From: Mobula hypostoma
Taxonomy: Eukaryota
Length of the DNA stretch: 64,000 nt
Direction of reading: 5' to 3'
NCBI RefSeq assembly: GCF_963921235.1
Contig: NC_086107.1
Location: 110,052,001 to 110,116,000, forward strand
Part shown: positions 11,688 to 24,415 of the stretch, in pieces
Layout of the letters: every line of letters starts with the position of its first letter
Numbering within the stretch: position 1 is the stretch's first letter
The notes under the pieces: generated by a model
What the model saw: only the letters and a program-made list of their open reading frames with translations
Databases searched by the model: none
Told to the model about the DNA's origin: nothing
Program-made: the position numbers and the translations under genes

Positions 11688-13140
11688 CAAACACGAGGAA
11701 ATCTGCAGATGCTGGAACTTCAAGCAACACACATAAAAGTTGCTGGTGAACGCAGCAGGCCAGGCAGCATCTCTAGGAAGAGGTACAGTCGACGTTTCGG
11801 GCCGAGACCCTTCGTCAGGACTAACTGAAAGAAGAGATAGTAAGAGATTTGAAAGTGGGAGGGGGAGGGGGAGGGGGAGATCCAAAATGACAGGAGAAGA
11901 CAGGAGGGGGAGGGATGGAGCCAAGAGCTGGACAGGTGATTGGCAAAAGGGATACGAGAGGATCATGGGACAGGAAGCCTAGGGAGAAAGAAAAGGGGGA
12001 GGGGGAAGCCCAGGGGATGGGCAAGGGGTATAGTGAGAAATAGGAGAGAGAGAAAAAGAATGTGTGCATATAAATAAATAAATAACGGATGGGGTACAAG
12101 GGGAAGGCGGGGCATTAGCGGAAGTTTCAGAAGTCAATGTTCATGCCATCAGGTTGGAGGCTACCCAGATGGAATATAAAGTGTTGTTCCTCCAACCTGA
12201 GTGTGGCTTAATCTTTACAGTAGAGGAGGCCTTGGATAGACATATCAGAATGGGAATGGGATGTGGAACCAAAATGCGTGGCCACTGGGAGATTCTGCTT
12301 TATCTGGCGGACAGAGCGTAGGTGTTCGGCGAAACAATCTCCCAGTCTGTGTCGGGTCCCGCCAATATATAGAAGGCCACATCCGGAGCACTGGACGCAA
12401 TATATCACCCCAGCCGACTCATAGGTGAAGTGTCGCCTCTCCTGGAAGGACTGTCTGGGGCCCTGAATGGTAGTGGGGGAGGAAGTGTAAGGGCATGTGT
12501 AGCACTTGTTCCGCTTACAAGGATAAGTGCCAGGAGGGAGATTGGTGGGGAGGGATGGGGGGGGAGACGGATGGACAAGGGAGTCACGTAGGGAGCAATC
12601 CCTGCAGAAAGCAGAGTTGGGGGAGGGAAAGATGTGCTTAGTGGTGGGATCCCGTTGGAGGTGGTGGAAGTTACAGAGAATTATATGTTGGACCCAGAGG
12701 CCGGTGGGGTGGTGGGTAAGGACAAGGGGAACCCTATTCCTAGTGGGGTGGCGGGAGGATGGAGTGAGAGCAGATATGCGTGAAATGGGGGAGATGTGTT
12801 TGAGAGCAGAGTTGATGGTGGAGGAAGGGAAGCCCCTTTCTTTAAAAAAAGGAGGACATCTCCTTCATCCTGGAATGAAAAGCCTCATCCTGAGAGCAGA
12901 TGCGGCGGAGACGGAGGAATTGCGAGAAGGGGATGGCATTTTTGCAAGAGACAGGGTGAGAAGAAGAATAGTCCAGATAGTTTGAGAGTCAGTGGGCTTA
13001 TAGTAGATATCAGTAGAAATGGACCAGGTAAACTTGAGGGCAGGGTGAAAGTTGGAGGGGGAGGAAGTTTGGAGGAAGTGGGAGGAGCCAAAGGAGAAAT
13101 TATTAAGAGTAAGAAACAGCTCCATGTGTACTTCTGCCAT
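11688..13140 (-). mobile_element. Penelope-like element, 5'-truncated and internally deleted (RT remnants, GIY-YIG, terminal repeat with hammerhead at 11787-11822)
   Basis: Minus-strand remnants ELFLTLNNFSF, LKFTWSIS, TDIYYKPTDS, LRLRRICSQD and IYCVQCSGCGLLYIG; ends in the terminal repeat and ...TTCCTCGTGTTTG tail. Confidence 0.85.
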
Positions 13141-13620
13141 CTCGCGTCTCTCAGACAAAGGCGCTGTTGTTCCGCCGCCACGGCAGGTGGCGCTGTGCTG
13201 GGAAGGGCAGCGGGAGCAGCCGCATTTCGGGCGCTTCTCGTCACCTAGATACCGAGGGCCCGAGGAGTTCGGCGTGGTCATTCGCGGCTCTGTTCCGATC
13301 GGACGCGGCACGATGTCGGCAGCGCTGGTCAGGAAGGGGCTCGATCTGATGAGCGAAGATGTAAGAGGTAACGGAGAAGGTTTAGTTCACGACCCGGCGC
13401 CTCGGCAGAGAAGCGGCGCGCCATAGGAGATCTCCCTGCCGGCTAGGCCTCCCCAACCTCCCGTCAGGGGCATTCGTCTCTATACCGGCCTCCCATCGTG
13501 AGGTAGATGAAGGGGGGGGTTGTTGCAGCGCCCCCCTATGGTGTGGAGCAGAGCCCCGACTCTAGCCTCCGACCACGAGGGGCGCTACGGGGCGCCGTGT
13601 AGCACTGCCTGGCTTCCAAG
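13141..13620 (+). promoter_or_regulatory. CpG island / RPS19BP1 promoter and first exon
   Basis: Abrupt GC- and CpG-rich island in CpG-poor surroundings, centred on the RPS19BP1 ATG. Confidence 0.75.
13313..13367 (+). CDS. RPS19BP1: RPS19BP1 (AROS, active regulator of SIRT1) coding exon 1 of 4
   Basis: MSAALVRKGLDLMSEDVR+G, resembling the AROS N-terminus MSAALLRRGLELL. Donor AG|GTAACG, phase 1, matches exon 2. Confidence 0.9.
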
Positions 13621-13999
13621 TACCAAAGTGAAGACATTAGTTAAAAGAGCTTTGTTTTGGGTGCCGTCCATATTTTATTACTACAGTACATTGAGGTAGT
13701 ATGGCCTCTGATTCTTTCAGACCCAGGCAATCTAGTTCTGTTCTACTCTCTTATATTATCCCACACGTCCTATAAGACAGAGGAGCAGAAATGAGGATTT
13801 TTTTTTAGAAAATGGTGAATCTGTGGAATTCATTGTTACAGGTAATTCGGTTGAGAGAGAGAGAATAAATCAGCCTTTCAGCCCTTCAAGTCTGCTTTGC
13901 CATTTCATCATTTGTAAACCCAGTTGTGCTTTTTCCTTGTAATCTTTGACCCCTTCTAACCAAGAACCTGTTAACCCCCACTTTGAGTTAGAATACAGA

Positions 14000-14575
14000 A
14001 CACAGAAACCTACAGCTCGTAACAGGCTCTTCGGCCCACAATGTTGTGCTGACCATGTAACCTGCTCTAGAAACTGCCTAGAATTTCCCTAGCACACAGC
14101 CCTCTTGCATAGACTTTCACCGTGGCTGTCGGCAGTGCATTCCACACACCCACCACCCTCTGTGAAAAACTTACCCCTGACATCCCCTCGGTACCTGTTT
14201 CCAAGCGCCTTAAAACTATGCCTCCTTAGGTTAGCCGTTTCAGCCCTGGGGAGAAGCCACATGATCAATGCCCCTCATCATCTCATACACCTCTATCAGG
14301 TCACCTCTCATCCTCCGTCACTCCAAGGAGAAAAGGCCAAGTTCACTCAACCTAGTCTCATAAGGTACACCCTCCAATCCAGTCAACATCCTTTTAAGTC
14401 TCCTCTGCACTGTCTCTATAGTATCCACATCCTTCCTGTAGTGAGGTGACCAGAACTCCATGAAAAGTCTGACCAAGGTCTTATATAGCTGTAACATTAC
14501 CTCACGGCTCTCGAACTCAGTAGCATGGTTGATGAATGTCAACATACCATACACCTCCTTAACAACACTGTCAAA
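14000..14575 (-). mobile_element. CR1 LINE 3' fragment, degraded
   Basis: LYKTLVR...EFWSPHYRKDVDTIETVQRR...LSELGLFSLE on the minus strand. Confidence 0.7.
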
Positions 14576-14684
14576 TTTATAATTCAACCATATACAGCCA
14601 AACAGAACAGCCTTCGCCGGGGCCGAGGTGGAAAACACAGTACGATAGTCATATGCAACATGAAACACATATAGCACGTATTAA

Positions 14685-14996
14685 ATTTAAGACATCCGTA
14701 AGTCTTGCGAGACCATGGATCTGTGCCTGGAAAGTCTTCACTCTCCAGGGTGCAGGCCTGGGCAAGGTTGTATGGAAGACCGGCAGTTGCCCATGCTGGC
14801 AAGTCTCCCCTCTCCACGACACCAATGTTGTCCAAGGGAAGGGCATTAGGGCCCATACAGCTTGGCACCAGTGTCGTCGCAGAGCAATGTGTGGTTAAGT
14901 GCCTTGCTCAAGAACACAACACGCTGCCTCGGCTGGGGCTTGAACTCACGACCTTCAGATCACTAGTCTAATGCTTTAACCACTTGGCCACGTGCC
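14685..14996 (-). mobile_element. tRNA/CORE-like SINE, same family as 6620-6924
   Basis: Reverse complement aligns along its whole length with 6620-6924; short direct repeat CACGTAT at 14675-14681 and 14997-15003. Confidence 0.75.
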
Positions 14997-15141
14997 CACG
15001 TATAAGATAGCAAGTAAGCATATGTCACACAAAATATACATAATATATAGTCCAATTACCTAAGTATCACATCCTGTAAATTGATGGTACGTGGGTGTTA
15101 TTGGCTGTTCTCAGCAGTCTGCAGGCAATGACTGCATGCAA

Positions 15142-15818
15142 GCAACATACATCAAAGTTGCTGGTGAACGCAGCAGGCCAAGCAGCATCTATAGGAAGAG
15201 GTGCAGTCGACGTTTCAGGCCGAGAATTAATTCCACGTCCCATTCCCATTCTGACATGTCTATCCACGGCCTCCTCTACTGTAAAGATGAAGCCACACTC
15301 AGGTTGGAGGAACAACACCTTATATTCCGTCTGGGTAGCCTCCATCCTGATGGCATGAACATCGACTTCTCTAACTTCTGCTAAGGCCCCACCTCCCCCT
15401 CGTACCCCATCTGTTACTCATTTTTATGCACACATTCTTTCTCTCACTCTCCTTTTTCTCCCTCTGTCCCTCTGAATATACCTCTTGCCCATCCTCTGGG
15501 TCACCCCCCCCCGTCTTTCTTCCCGGACCTCCTGTCCCATGATCCTCTCGTATCCCCTTTTGCCTATCACCTGTCCAGCTCTCGGCTCTATCCCTCCCCC
15601 TCCTGTCTTCTCCTATCATTTTGCATCTCCCCCTCCCCCTCCAGCTTTCAAATCCCTTACTCACTCTTCCTTCAGTTAGTCCTGACGAAGGGTCTCGGCC
15701 TGAAACGTCGACTGCACCTCTTCCTATAGATGCTGCTTGGCCTGCTGCGTTCACCAGCAACTTTGATGTGTGTTGCTTGAATTTCCAGCATCTGCAGAAT
15801 TCCTGTTGTTTGCGTTAA
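15142..15818 (+). mobile_element. Penelope-like fragment with inverted 5' terminal-repeat piece, in RPS19BP1 intron 1
   Basis: 15142-15225 is an inverted partial repeat. 15226-15815 carries the GIY-YIG C-terminus (NSTSHSHSDMSIHGLL...DFSNFC), terminal repeat and tail. 15-bp TSD AATGACTGCATGCAA at 15127-15141 and 15819-15833. Confidence 0.9.
15678..15713 (+). ncRNA. Minimal type-I hammerhead ribozyme motif
   Basis: AGTC-CTGACGA-AGGGTCTCGGCCT-GAAAC-GTC-GACT; predicted cut 3' of C15709. Confidence 0.8.
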
Positions 15819-16822
15819 AATGACTGCATGCAACCCAGCTTGTCATTGCACTGATCGAACACTGGGGGGCAGCACTGATCTGAAGTGCTAGGCCCCACAC
15901 CAGCATGGACGCTGCTGAGGGCACTTCCGAGATTGCTGCTACAGGCAAGCCTGCAGCTTAAGGCCTAGTCCGTACAGCCCCCACCGCCTGCCTTGCAATA
16001 AGCAAGGGAAACGGACTTGCAGCATTTTGCATTACCAATCTCCACCAGGGTCTTGCGATGGCAAGAAAAACATCCAAGACAATTGCTCGCTGTTAGATTG
16101 CATACCAGCTTCTGGCACTAATTCACATGCCTTCCTGTAGCTGGCAGTAACGCAGTCCGCACCAAGTCCAGCTCCTCCACCAACGAGCAGCTGATGGGGT
16201 ACCTGAAGTTCTTACTACCCAGCATTGTCTTGTGATCATAAAAAAGAATAAAGAAGCTTTACATTGGCACCAGAGAGGCTGCTGTGTCTAAACACGCCGC
16301 CACTAAACCCTTACATTCAGTTTTGTACCGAACTATACTGCTGTCTGCATATTTACTGCCTTTAATCATTCACAAATTATGATTTTTTTTTCTGGACTCT
16401 GTTGAACTATTTTGATGTTTCCCTTTGTTGTTCTACATCGTATCCAAGATCTACTTTCAGTTCCTCGGAATCAGCCTTTGTTCAATCTATTAGGATTTGA
16501 ATACGTTCTATGACTTGGCTTCCACAGTCAAATGTAGTAATGAATTCCACAGATTCACCATTCTCTGACTAAAGGAATTCCTCCTCATCTCTGTTCCAAA
16601 GGGACCTCTGGTCCTAGACTCTCCCATCCTCCGCGGATCCACTCTTATCTCGGGCTTTCAATGAGGTCACCCTCATTCTTCTAAACTCCAGCAAGGTCAA
16701 GCCCATAGCCATCAAACAATACTCATGCATACCCAGGATCATTCTCATAAAGCTCCTCTGGGCCTTATCCTTTTGGACAAGTCAGTAGTGACCATCCCCT
16801 CCTCCTCATGCTTCACTTCAAG

Positions 16823-16978
16823 GGCAAGGCAAGAAGACGAATCGAGGACACTCGTCAGATGCTGGCTGTTTGCTCAATACAAGCAAGAAAGGGAGAAGGA
16901 AGGAACTGGAGAGGATTCGCAGGCAACGGGAAAAGAACAAGGCTACTGTCAAAGGGAAGGTAGTTAAATCAGCACTGG
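16823..16978 (+). CDS. RPS19BP1: RPS19BP1 coding exon 2 of 4
   Basis: Pyrimidine tract then TTCAAG| acceptor. Reads (G)QGKKTNRGHSSDAGCLLNTSKKGRRKELERIRRQREKNKATVKGKVVKSAL (AROS KGKVPKSAL motif). Donor G|GTAAGT. Confidence 0.9.
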
Positions 16979-17777
16979 GTAAGTGATAGGTTAATGTTCC
17001 TGAATCCCTGTATTGCTCTGTGCAAAGAAATTTCATAGCTGTAAGTGTTTGGCTGTACAAGTGATACAAGGGCCTGTTTTTGGTTGCATCAGATACATTG
17101 CCCCTATGCTAGAATGCTTCTTTGATGAAATGGCCACAAAATAGTCACGAGGACTAATTTTCATAATTTTAAGGTGATTGGAGGGAAGTATGGATGGGGG
17201 GGATGTCAGAGGTAGGTATTTTCACAGAGAGTGCTGGGTGTGTGGAACATGCTGCCAGGGGTGGTGTTAGAGGCAGATACATTAGGGACATTTGAGCCAC
17301 ATGGATGATAGAAAAACGGAGGGATATGGAGGAGGGATGGTTAAGAGGTCGGCACAACATTGTGTCCTGAAGGGCCTGTACTGTGCTGTGGCGTTCCTTG
17401 TCCTATTTATAGCTTGGGTTATCTCCCGGTACCACCGGCCCTTGGATCGACTAGGTTGTTGAGCGCTGATGCCACTATGCCACCAGCCGGCAAGGTGGTT
17501 CACTAAAGTCCTTCAAAAGAGAACATCCTTTCCCAGTCTGGTCTGTATGTCACCCTTCTTGAGGGTCTCGTAAGTGTCACTTACAGGCAACTCCCCCTGG
17601 GCACTTGGGGATGAGCAGCGATTGCTGACCTTGGAAGCTGGAGTCACAGCAGGGAAGCAGGCGATTTGGCCCAGCACGTTCACGTCAACCAGTGGGCACC
17701 CATCTGTATCCATCCCATCTTCCAGCGCCCAGCCGACTGAAGTGCGGATCTAGACACTTGTTAAACGATTGTAAGAC

Positions 17778-18450
17778 ATTCGATTAGATTCAACTTTATT
17801 GTCATTGTGCCGAGTACAGATACAAAGCCAATGAAATGCAGTTAGCATCTGACCAGAAATGCAAAGAATAGTGTTATTTACAAAATAACTGTGAATAGAA
17901 GAAGTGCTACAGCACACAAATATGAAAGTACTGAGACAGTACAATATGGGTGCAATACTGTTTTGCGCTGTGATGTGAGGTTCAGCAGGGTCACAGCCTC
18001 AGGGAAGAAGCTCTTCCTGTGCCTGCTGGTGCGGGAGCGGAGGCTCCTGTAGCGCCTACTGGATGGGAGGAGAGTAAAAAGTCCATGGTTAGGGTGAGAT
18101 GCATCCTTGATAATGCTTTTTGCCTTGCCCAGGCAGCGTTTATGGTAGATGTTCTCAATGGTGGGCAACTGGGTGCTGATAATCCGCCGGGCAGTTTTCA
18201 CCACATGCTGGAGTGCTTTGCGGTCTGATACAGGACAATTGCCATACCACACTGAGATACAGTTGGTGACTATGCTCTCAATGGTACAGCGGTAAAAGTC
18301 CGTCAGTATCCTGGGACAAAGGTGAGCTTTCTTGATGCTCCGCAGGAAATAAAGGGACTGTTGCACCTTTTTGATCAGGATGGAGGAGTTCAGGGACCAG
18401 GTGAGATCCTCGGAAATGTGGACACCAAGGAATTTAAAGCTTGGTACACG
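17778..18450 (-). mobile_element. Rex1/Babar-type LINE 3' end (second subfamily)
   Basis: SFKFLGVHISEDLTWS...FYRCTIESI...KSFFPEAVTLLN; AATAAA followed by a short repeat tail. Confidence 0.75.
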
Positions 18451-19059
18451 TAGGACTAGAACTAGGCTCTTCGGTGAAATGCTTTCCCTACACTCTCTGG
18501 CAATATATTCCAAGTACTCCCCACCCTCTGGGTGAAGAAATTCCCCCCTCCCACACCCAGATCCCCCCCTAAATCTCCTGCCCCTCACTCTATATTTAAG
18601 TCTTCTTGTTTTATCTGCCTCTGGTAATGGGACAAGAATCCTGCAGTCTTCCCCATAATCAGAGTCAGGTTTAATATCATTGGCATATGTTGTGAAATTT
18701 ATGGCAGCAGTACCGTCCAATACATTATATTAAAAACTATAAATTACAATAAGATATATATAAAAAAAGAAAATTAAATTAAGTAGGTAGTGCAAAAGGA
18801 GAGGGAGAAAATTCTGAGGTAGTGTTCATGGGTTCATGGTCCATTCAGAAATCAGATGGTAGAGGGGAAGAAGCTGTTCAGGAGACACTGAGTGTGCGTC
18901 TTCAGGCTCTTGTACCCTCTCCCTGATGATAGCAATAAGACGGGGGTCCTTAATGATAGATGCCGCCTTTTTGAGGCATCGCCTTTTGAAAATGTCCTTG
19001 ATGCTGGGGAGGATAGTGCCCATGATCGAGTTGGCTGAGTTTTACAACTGTAGAACATT

Positions 19060-19620
19060 AGAAAGTTTTTGACAACAGGCCATTCGGCCCAACGAAACTT
19101 GCCAAATTCCTATTCACATCGTGAGTTGAAATACTGTAACTATGGAGTTTAGATTTGAAAGTCTCTAAGGTAGTACAGGTAGTTTGTTCCATGTGTCCAC
19201 AAGTCGCTGTGTAAAGAAATGCTTCCTGATGTTAATCTGAAACCTCCCTTTAAACCAGTCTCCACCTATGGCCCCGTGTCCTTGTGGATGGATTAATTTT
19301 GAAGTAGCAGCTGGCATCCACTTCTAACATGTCTCCTCTCATTCTGTGACTACTTTGGCTAAAAAGATTTAACTCTTTCATTTTTCTACATAGCTCATAC
19401 CCTGTAGACCTGGAATGAGTAGTCGCCCTTCTCTGAACTCTCTCCAGTGCCTTCATGTCCCTCACAAAATATGGAGACCAGAATTGTACACAATACTCAC
19501 AAGCACAGTTTAAGGAGAACGTCTCTAGACTTGAACTCCCCTGAGTGCTTTATGTAGCCCAACATCCTGTTGGCCTTCCTAATCACTTCTGTGCATTGTC
19601 TAGATGTTGATAGTGACGAG
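19060..19620 (-). mobile_element. CR1 LINE 3' fragment, degraded
   Basis: ALERVQRRAT...RMRGDMLEV...TRTRGHRWRL on the minus strand. Confidence 0.65.
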
Positions 19621-20294
19621 TCTACTCAAGATGAAGTGTCTCAGCCCGAAACATCAACTGTTTATTCTCTTCCGTAGATATTGCCAGGCCTACAAGTTCC
19701 TCCGGGATCCTGTGTGTGTTCCTTACAGGCAGCGGCAGGAAATGAACTGGGGTCACTGGTACTGTAAAGCATTGTGCTAACCGCTGCATTGCAGTGCCGC
19801 CCTCTTAACCTGCTCCACTCCAGCGGAAACAGACCCACCCTCTCCCCGTTACAGAAACGTTCCATCCCAGGCAGTGTTCTTTGGAATTCTCTCCCAACAC
19901 TATGGCATATTCCCTTAACAAAAAAAAAATGCCATCACACTTCAATAGAAGCAGATGGTATTATATTCAGACCAATGTGTCGGGTTGAAGTGACGCCCAG
20001 GAGCTTGGAACTGGCTCAGTCCTGTGGGAAACAAAGGTACTGGTTCAGCAGGTGTGCTGTTTGCCTTTGCACTGTAGTAACCTGCCCAGCCCTATTGCCG
20101 CCGGCAGGTTTCTGTTCCAAGTAGCAGGAAGCTCTTCTCGAGTTTCATACGGGTTCGGTACTAGGTAACCGGCAGCTGTGAAGTTGTGTTCTAAATAAGG
20201 AGCCAGTGCTTCACCCAGTGCAAAGCTCTACACAGACCATATTTCTTTCTGCCTCAATAAAGCAGTCAGCATATTTTTATTTAGAGAAACTCTA

Positions 20295-20970
20295 GTGGAT
20301 CAACATTGATAAGACAAAGGAGATGGTGATGACTTTAGGAAGACTAACCCTGCACTGCTCCCTTCCACTATTGGTGGTGAGAATGTGGATGTGGTGAGGA
20401 CCTACAGGTACCTGGGGGTGCACCCGGTTGACAGACTTGACTGGAGCACCAACGCAGAGGCTGTGTACAAGAAGGCCCAGAGTCACCTCTACTTCCTGAG
20501 TATGCAGGCCTCTCCTTCACGTGTTCTACCAGTCTGTTGTCGCCAGTGCAATCTTCTATGCAGTGGTGTGCTGGGGCAAAGGCATCAACACGGGTGATGT
20601 CAACAGGCTCATAAACTGATTGGAAAGACTGGCTCAGTTATAGGAGTCACACTGTGAAACAAAGGACCTTACTCAAATCCTGGCAATCCTAGACAATGTT
20701 TCTCACCCTCTGCATGCCACCTCGGCTAAACAGAGGAGCACTTTAAGTAATAGACGAAGACAACTGTGGTGCTCCAAAGATCGCTGTGTGAGGGCGTTCT
20801 TACCCTCAGGCATTAGGCTGTATAATGGGTCAATCTATAGATGGGGAAGTGATGGCCCCCTCCTGTTAGACTGAGGTAACTTTTTTTTAAATTCTTTCTG
20901 TTTCTCCTCTAATATTTACATCTGTGCATTTATAATGCTAGTGTGACATGAATTTCCTTTGGGATCAATA
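20295..20970 (+). mobile_element. Degraded Rex1/Babar-type LINE 3' end
   Basis: YRYLGVH..DRLDWSTNAEAVYKKAQSHLYFL remnant; ends GGGATCAATAAA, where the CR1 inserted. Confidence 0.65.
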
Positions 20971-23900
20971 AACATAGAAACATAGAAAATAGGTACAGGA
21001 GTAGGCCATTCGGCCCTTCGAGCCTGCACCGCCATTTATTATGATCATGGCTGATCATCCAACTCAGAACCCCGCCCCAGCCTTCCCTCCATACCCCCTG
21101 ACCCCCGTAGCCACAAGGGCCATATCTAACTCCCTCTTAAATATAGCCAGTGAACTGGCCTCAACTGTTTCCTGTGGCAGAGAATTCCACAGATTCACCA
21201 CTTTCTGTGTGAAGAAGTTTTTCCTAATCTGGGTCCTAAAAGGCTTCCCCTCTATCCTCAAACTGTGGCCCCTCGTTCTGGACTTCCCCAACATCGGGAA
21301 CAATCTTCCTGCATCTAGCCTGTCCAATCCCTTTAGGATTTTATACGTTTCAATCAGATCCCCCCTCAATCTTCTAAATTCCAACGAGTACAAGCCCAGT
21401 TCATCCAGTCTTTCTTCATATGAAAGTCCTGACATCCCAGGAATCAATCTGGTGAACCTTCTTTGTACTCCCTCTATGGCAAGGATGTCTTTCCTCAGAT
21501 TAGGGGACCAAAACTGCACACAATACTCCAGGTGTGGTCTCACCAAGGCCTTGTACAACTGCAGTAGTACCTCCCTGCTCCTGTACTCGAATCTTCTCGC
21601 TATAAATGCCAGCATACCATTCGCCTTTTTCACCGCCTGCTGTACCTGCATGCCCACTTTCAATGACTGGTGTATAATGACACCCAGGTCTCGTTGCACC
21701 TCCCCTTTTCCTAATCGGCCACCATTCAGATAATAATCTGTTTTCCTATTTTTGCCACCAAAGTGGATAACTTCACATTTATCCACATTAAATTGCATCT
21801 GCCATGAATTTGCCCACTCACCCAACCTATCCAAGTCACCCAGCATCCTCCTCACAGCTAACACTGCCACCCAGCTTCGTGTCATCCGCAAACTTGGAGA
21901 TGCTGCATTTAATTCCCTCATCCAAGTCATTAATATATATTGTAAACAACTGGGGTCCCAGCACTGAGCCTTGCGGTACCCCACTAATCACCGCCTGCCA
22001 TTCTGAAAAGGTCCCGTTTATTCCCACTCTTTGCTTCCTGTCTGTTAACCAATTCTCCACCCACATCAATACCTTACCCCCAATACCGTGTGCTTTAAGT
22101 TTGCACACTAATCTCCTGTGTGGGAACTTGTCAAAAGCCTTTTGAAAATCCAAATATACCACATCCACTGGTTCTCCCCTATCCACTCTACTAGTTACAT
22201 CCTCAAAAAATTCTATGAGATTCGTCAGACATGATTTTCCTTTCACAAATCCATGCTGACTTTGTCCGATCATTTCACCCCTTTCCAAATGTGCTGTTAT
22301 CACATCCTTGATAACTGACTCCAGCAGTTTCCCCACCACCGACGTTAGGCTAACCGGTCTATAATTCCCCTGTTTCTCTCTCCCTCCTTTTTCAAAAAGT
22401 GGAGTTACATTAGCCACCCTCCAATCCTCAGGAACTAGTCCAGAATCTAACGAGTTTTGAAAAATTATCACTAATGCATCCACTATTTCTTGGGCTACTT
22501 CCTTAAGGACTCTAGGATGCAGACCATCTGGCCCTGGGGATTTATCTGCCTTCAATCCCTTCAATTTACCTAACACCACTTCCCTACTAACATGTATTTC
22601 GCTCAGTTCCTCCATCTCACTGGACCCTCTGTCCCCTACTATTTCTGGAAGATTATTTATGTCCTCCTTAGTGAAGACAGAACCAAAGTAATTATTCAAT
22701 TGGTCTGCCATGTCCTTGCTCCCCATAATCAATTCACCTGTTTCTGTCTGCAGGGGACCTACATTTGTCTTTACCAGTCTTTTCCTTTTTACATATCTAT
22801 AAAAGCTTTTACAATCCGTTTTTATGTTCCCTGCCAGTTTTCTCTCATAATCTTTTTTCCCCTTCCTAATTAAGCCCTTTGTCCTCCTCTGCTGAACTCT
22901 GAATTTCTCCCAGTCCTCAGGTGAGCCACTTTCTCTGCCTAATTTGTATGCTTCTTCTTTGGAATTGATACTATCCCTAATTTCTCTTGTCAGCCACGGG
23001 TGCACTACCTTCCTTGATTTATTCTTTTGCCAAACTGGGATGAACAATTGTTGTAGTTCATCCATGCAACCTTTAAATGCTTGCCATTGCATATCCACCG
23101 TCAACCCTTTAAGTGTCATTTGCCAGTCTATCTTAGCTAATTCATGTCTCATACCTTCAAAGTTACCCCTCTTTAAGTTCAGAACCTTTGTTTCTGAATT
23201 AACTATGCCACTCTCCATCTTAATGAAGAATTCCACCATATTATGGTCACTCTTACCCAAGGGGCCTCTCACGACAAGATCGCTAATTAACTCTTCCTCA
23301 TTGCTCAAAACCCAGTCCAGAATAGCCTGCTGTCTAGTTGGTTTCTCGACATGTTGGTTCAAAAAACCATCCCGCATACATTCCAAGAAATCCTCTTCCT
23401 CAGCACCTTTACCAATTTGGTTCACCCAATCTACATGTAGATTGAAGTCACCCATTATAACTGCTGTTCCTTTATTGCACACATTTCTACTTTCCTGTTT
23501 AATACCATCTCCGACCTCACTACTACTGTTAGGTGGCCTGTACACAACTCCCACCAGCGTCTTCTGCCCCTTAGTGTTACGCAGCTCTACCCATATCGAT
23601 TCCACATCTTCCCGGCTTATGTCCTTCCTTTCTATTGCGTTAATCTCTTCTTTAACCAGCAACGCCACCCCACCTCCCCTTCCTTCATGTCTATCCCTCC
23701 TGAATATTGAATATCCCTGAACGTTGAGCTCCCATCCTTGGTCACCCTGGAGCCATGTCTCTGTGATCCCAACTATATCATAATCATTAATAACAATCTG
23801 CACTTTCAATTCATCCACCTTATTACGAATGCTCCTTGCATTGACACACAAAGCCTTCAGGCGCTCTTTTACAACTCTCTTAGCCCTTATACAATTACGT

Positions 23901-24415
23901 TGAAAAGTGGCCCTTTTTAGTGCTTGCCCTGGATTCGTCGGCCTGCAACTTTTACTTTTCTCCTTAGTACTTTTTGCTTCTACCCTCACTTTACACCCCT
24001 CTGTCTCTCTGCACTGGTTTCCATCCCCCTGTTGTGAACTAACCTCCTCACGCCTAGCCTCTTTAATTTGATTCCCACCCCCCAACCATTCTAGTTTAAA
24101 GTCACCTCAGTAGCCCCAGCTAATCTCCCTGCCAAGATATTGGTCCCCCTAGGATTCAAGTGTAACCCGTCCTTTTTGTACAGGTCGCGCCTGCGCCAAA
24201 AGAGGTCCCAATGATTCAAAAACTTGAATCCCTGCCCCCTGCTCCAATCCCTCAACCACGCATTTATCCTCCACCTCATCGCATTCCTACTCTCACTGTC
24301 GCGTGGCACAGGCAGTAATCCCAAGATTACTACCTTTGCGGTCCTTTTTCTCAACTCCCTTCCTAGCTCCCTATATTCTCCTTTCAGGACCTCATCCCTT
24401 TTCCTACCTATGTCA
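20971..24415 (-). mobile_element. CR1 LINE, 5'-truncated in ORF1; near-intact ORF2 (APE endonuclease plus reverse transcriptase)
   Basis: ORF1 esterase-like tail (24091-24354; DGLHLN). ORF2 24085-21836 ([41 protein letters not shown]) continues after one frameshift to 21064. (TTTCTATG)n 3' tail. Confidence 0.95.

Noticed and set aside
13361..13366. Alternative donor GAT|GTAAGA for RPS19BP1 exon 1
   Set aside because: Phase 0 is incompatible with the phase-1 exon 2 acceptor.
13052..13426. 124-aa ORF spanning the RPS19BP1 start
   Set aside because: Its 5' part is antisense Penelope sequence and its 3' part is intron; only 13313-13367 is coding.
21041..23720. Long + strand ORFs of 230 and 258 aa
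   Set aside because: Antisense shadows of CR1 ORF2.
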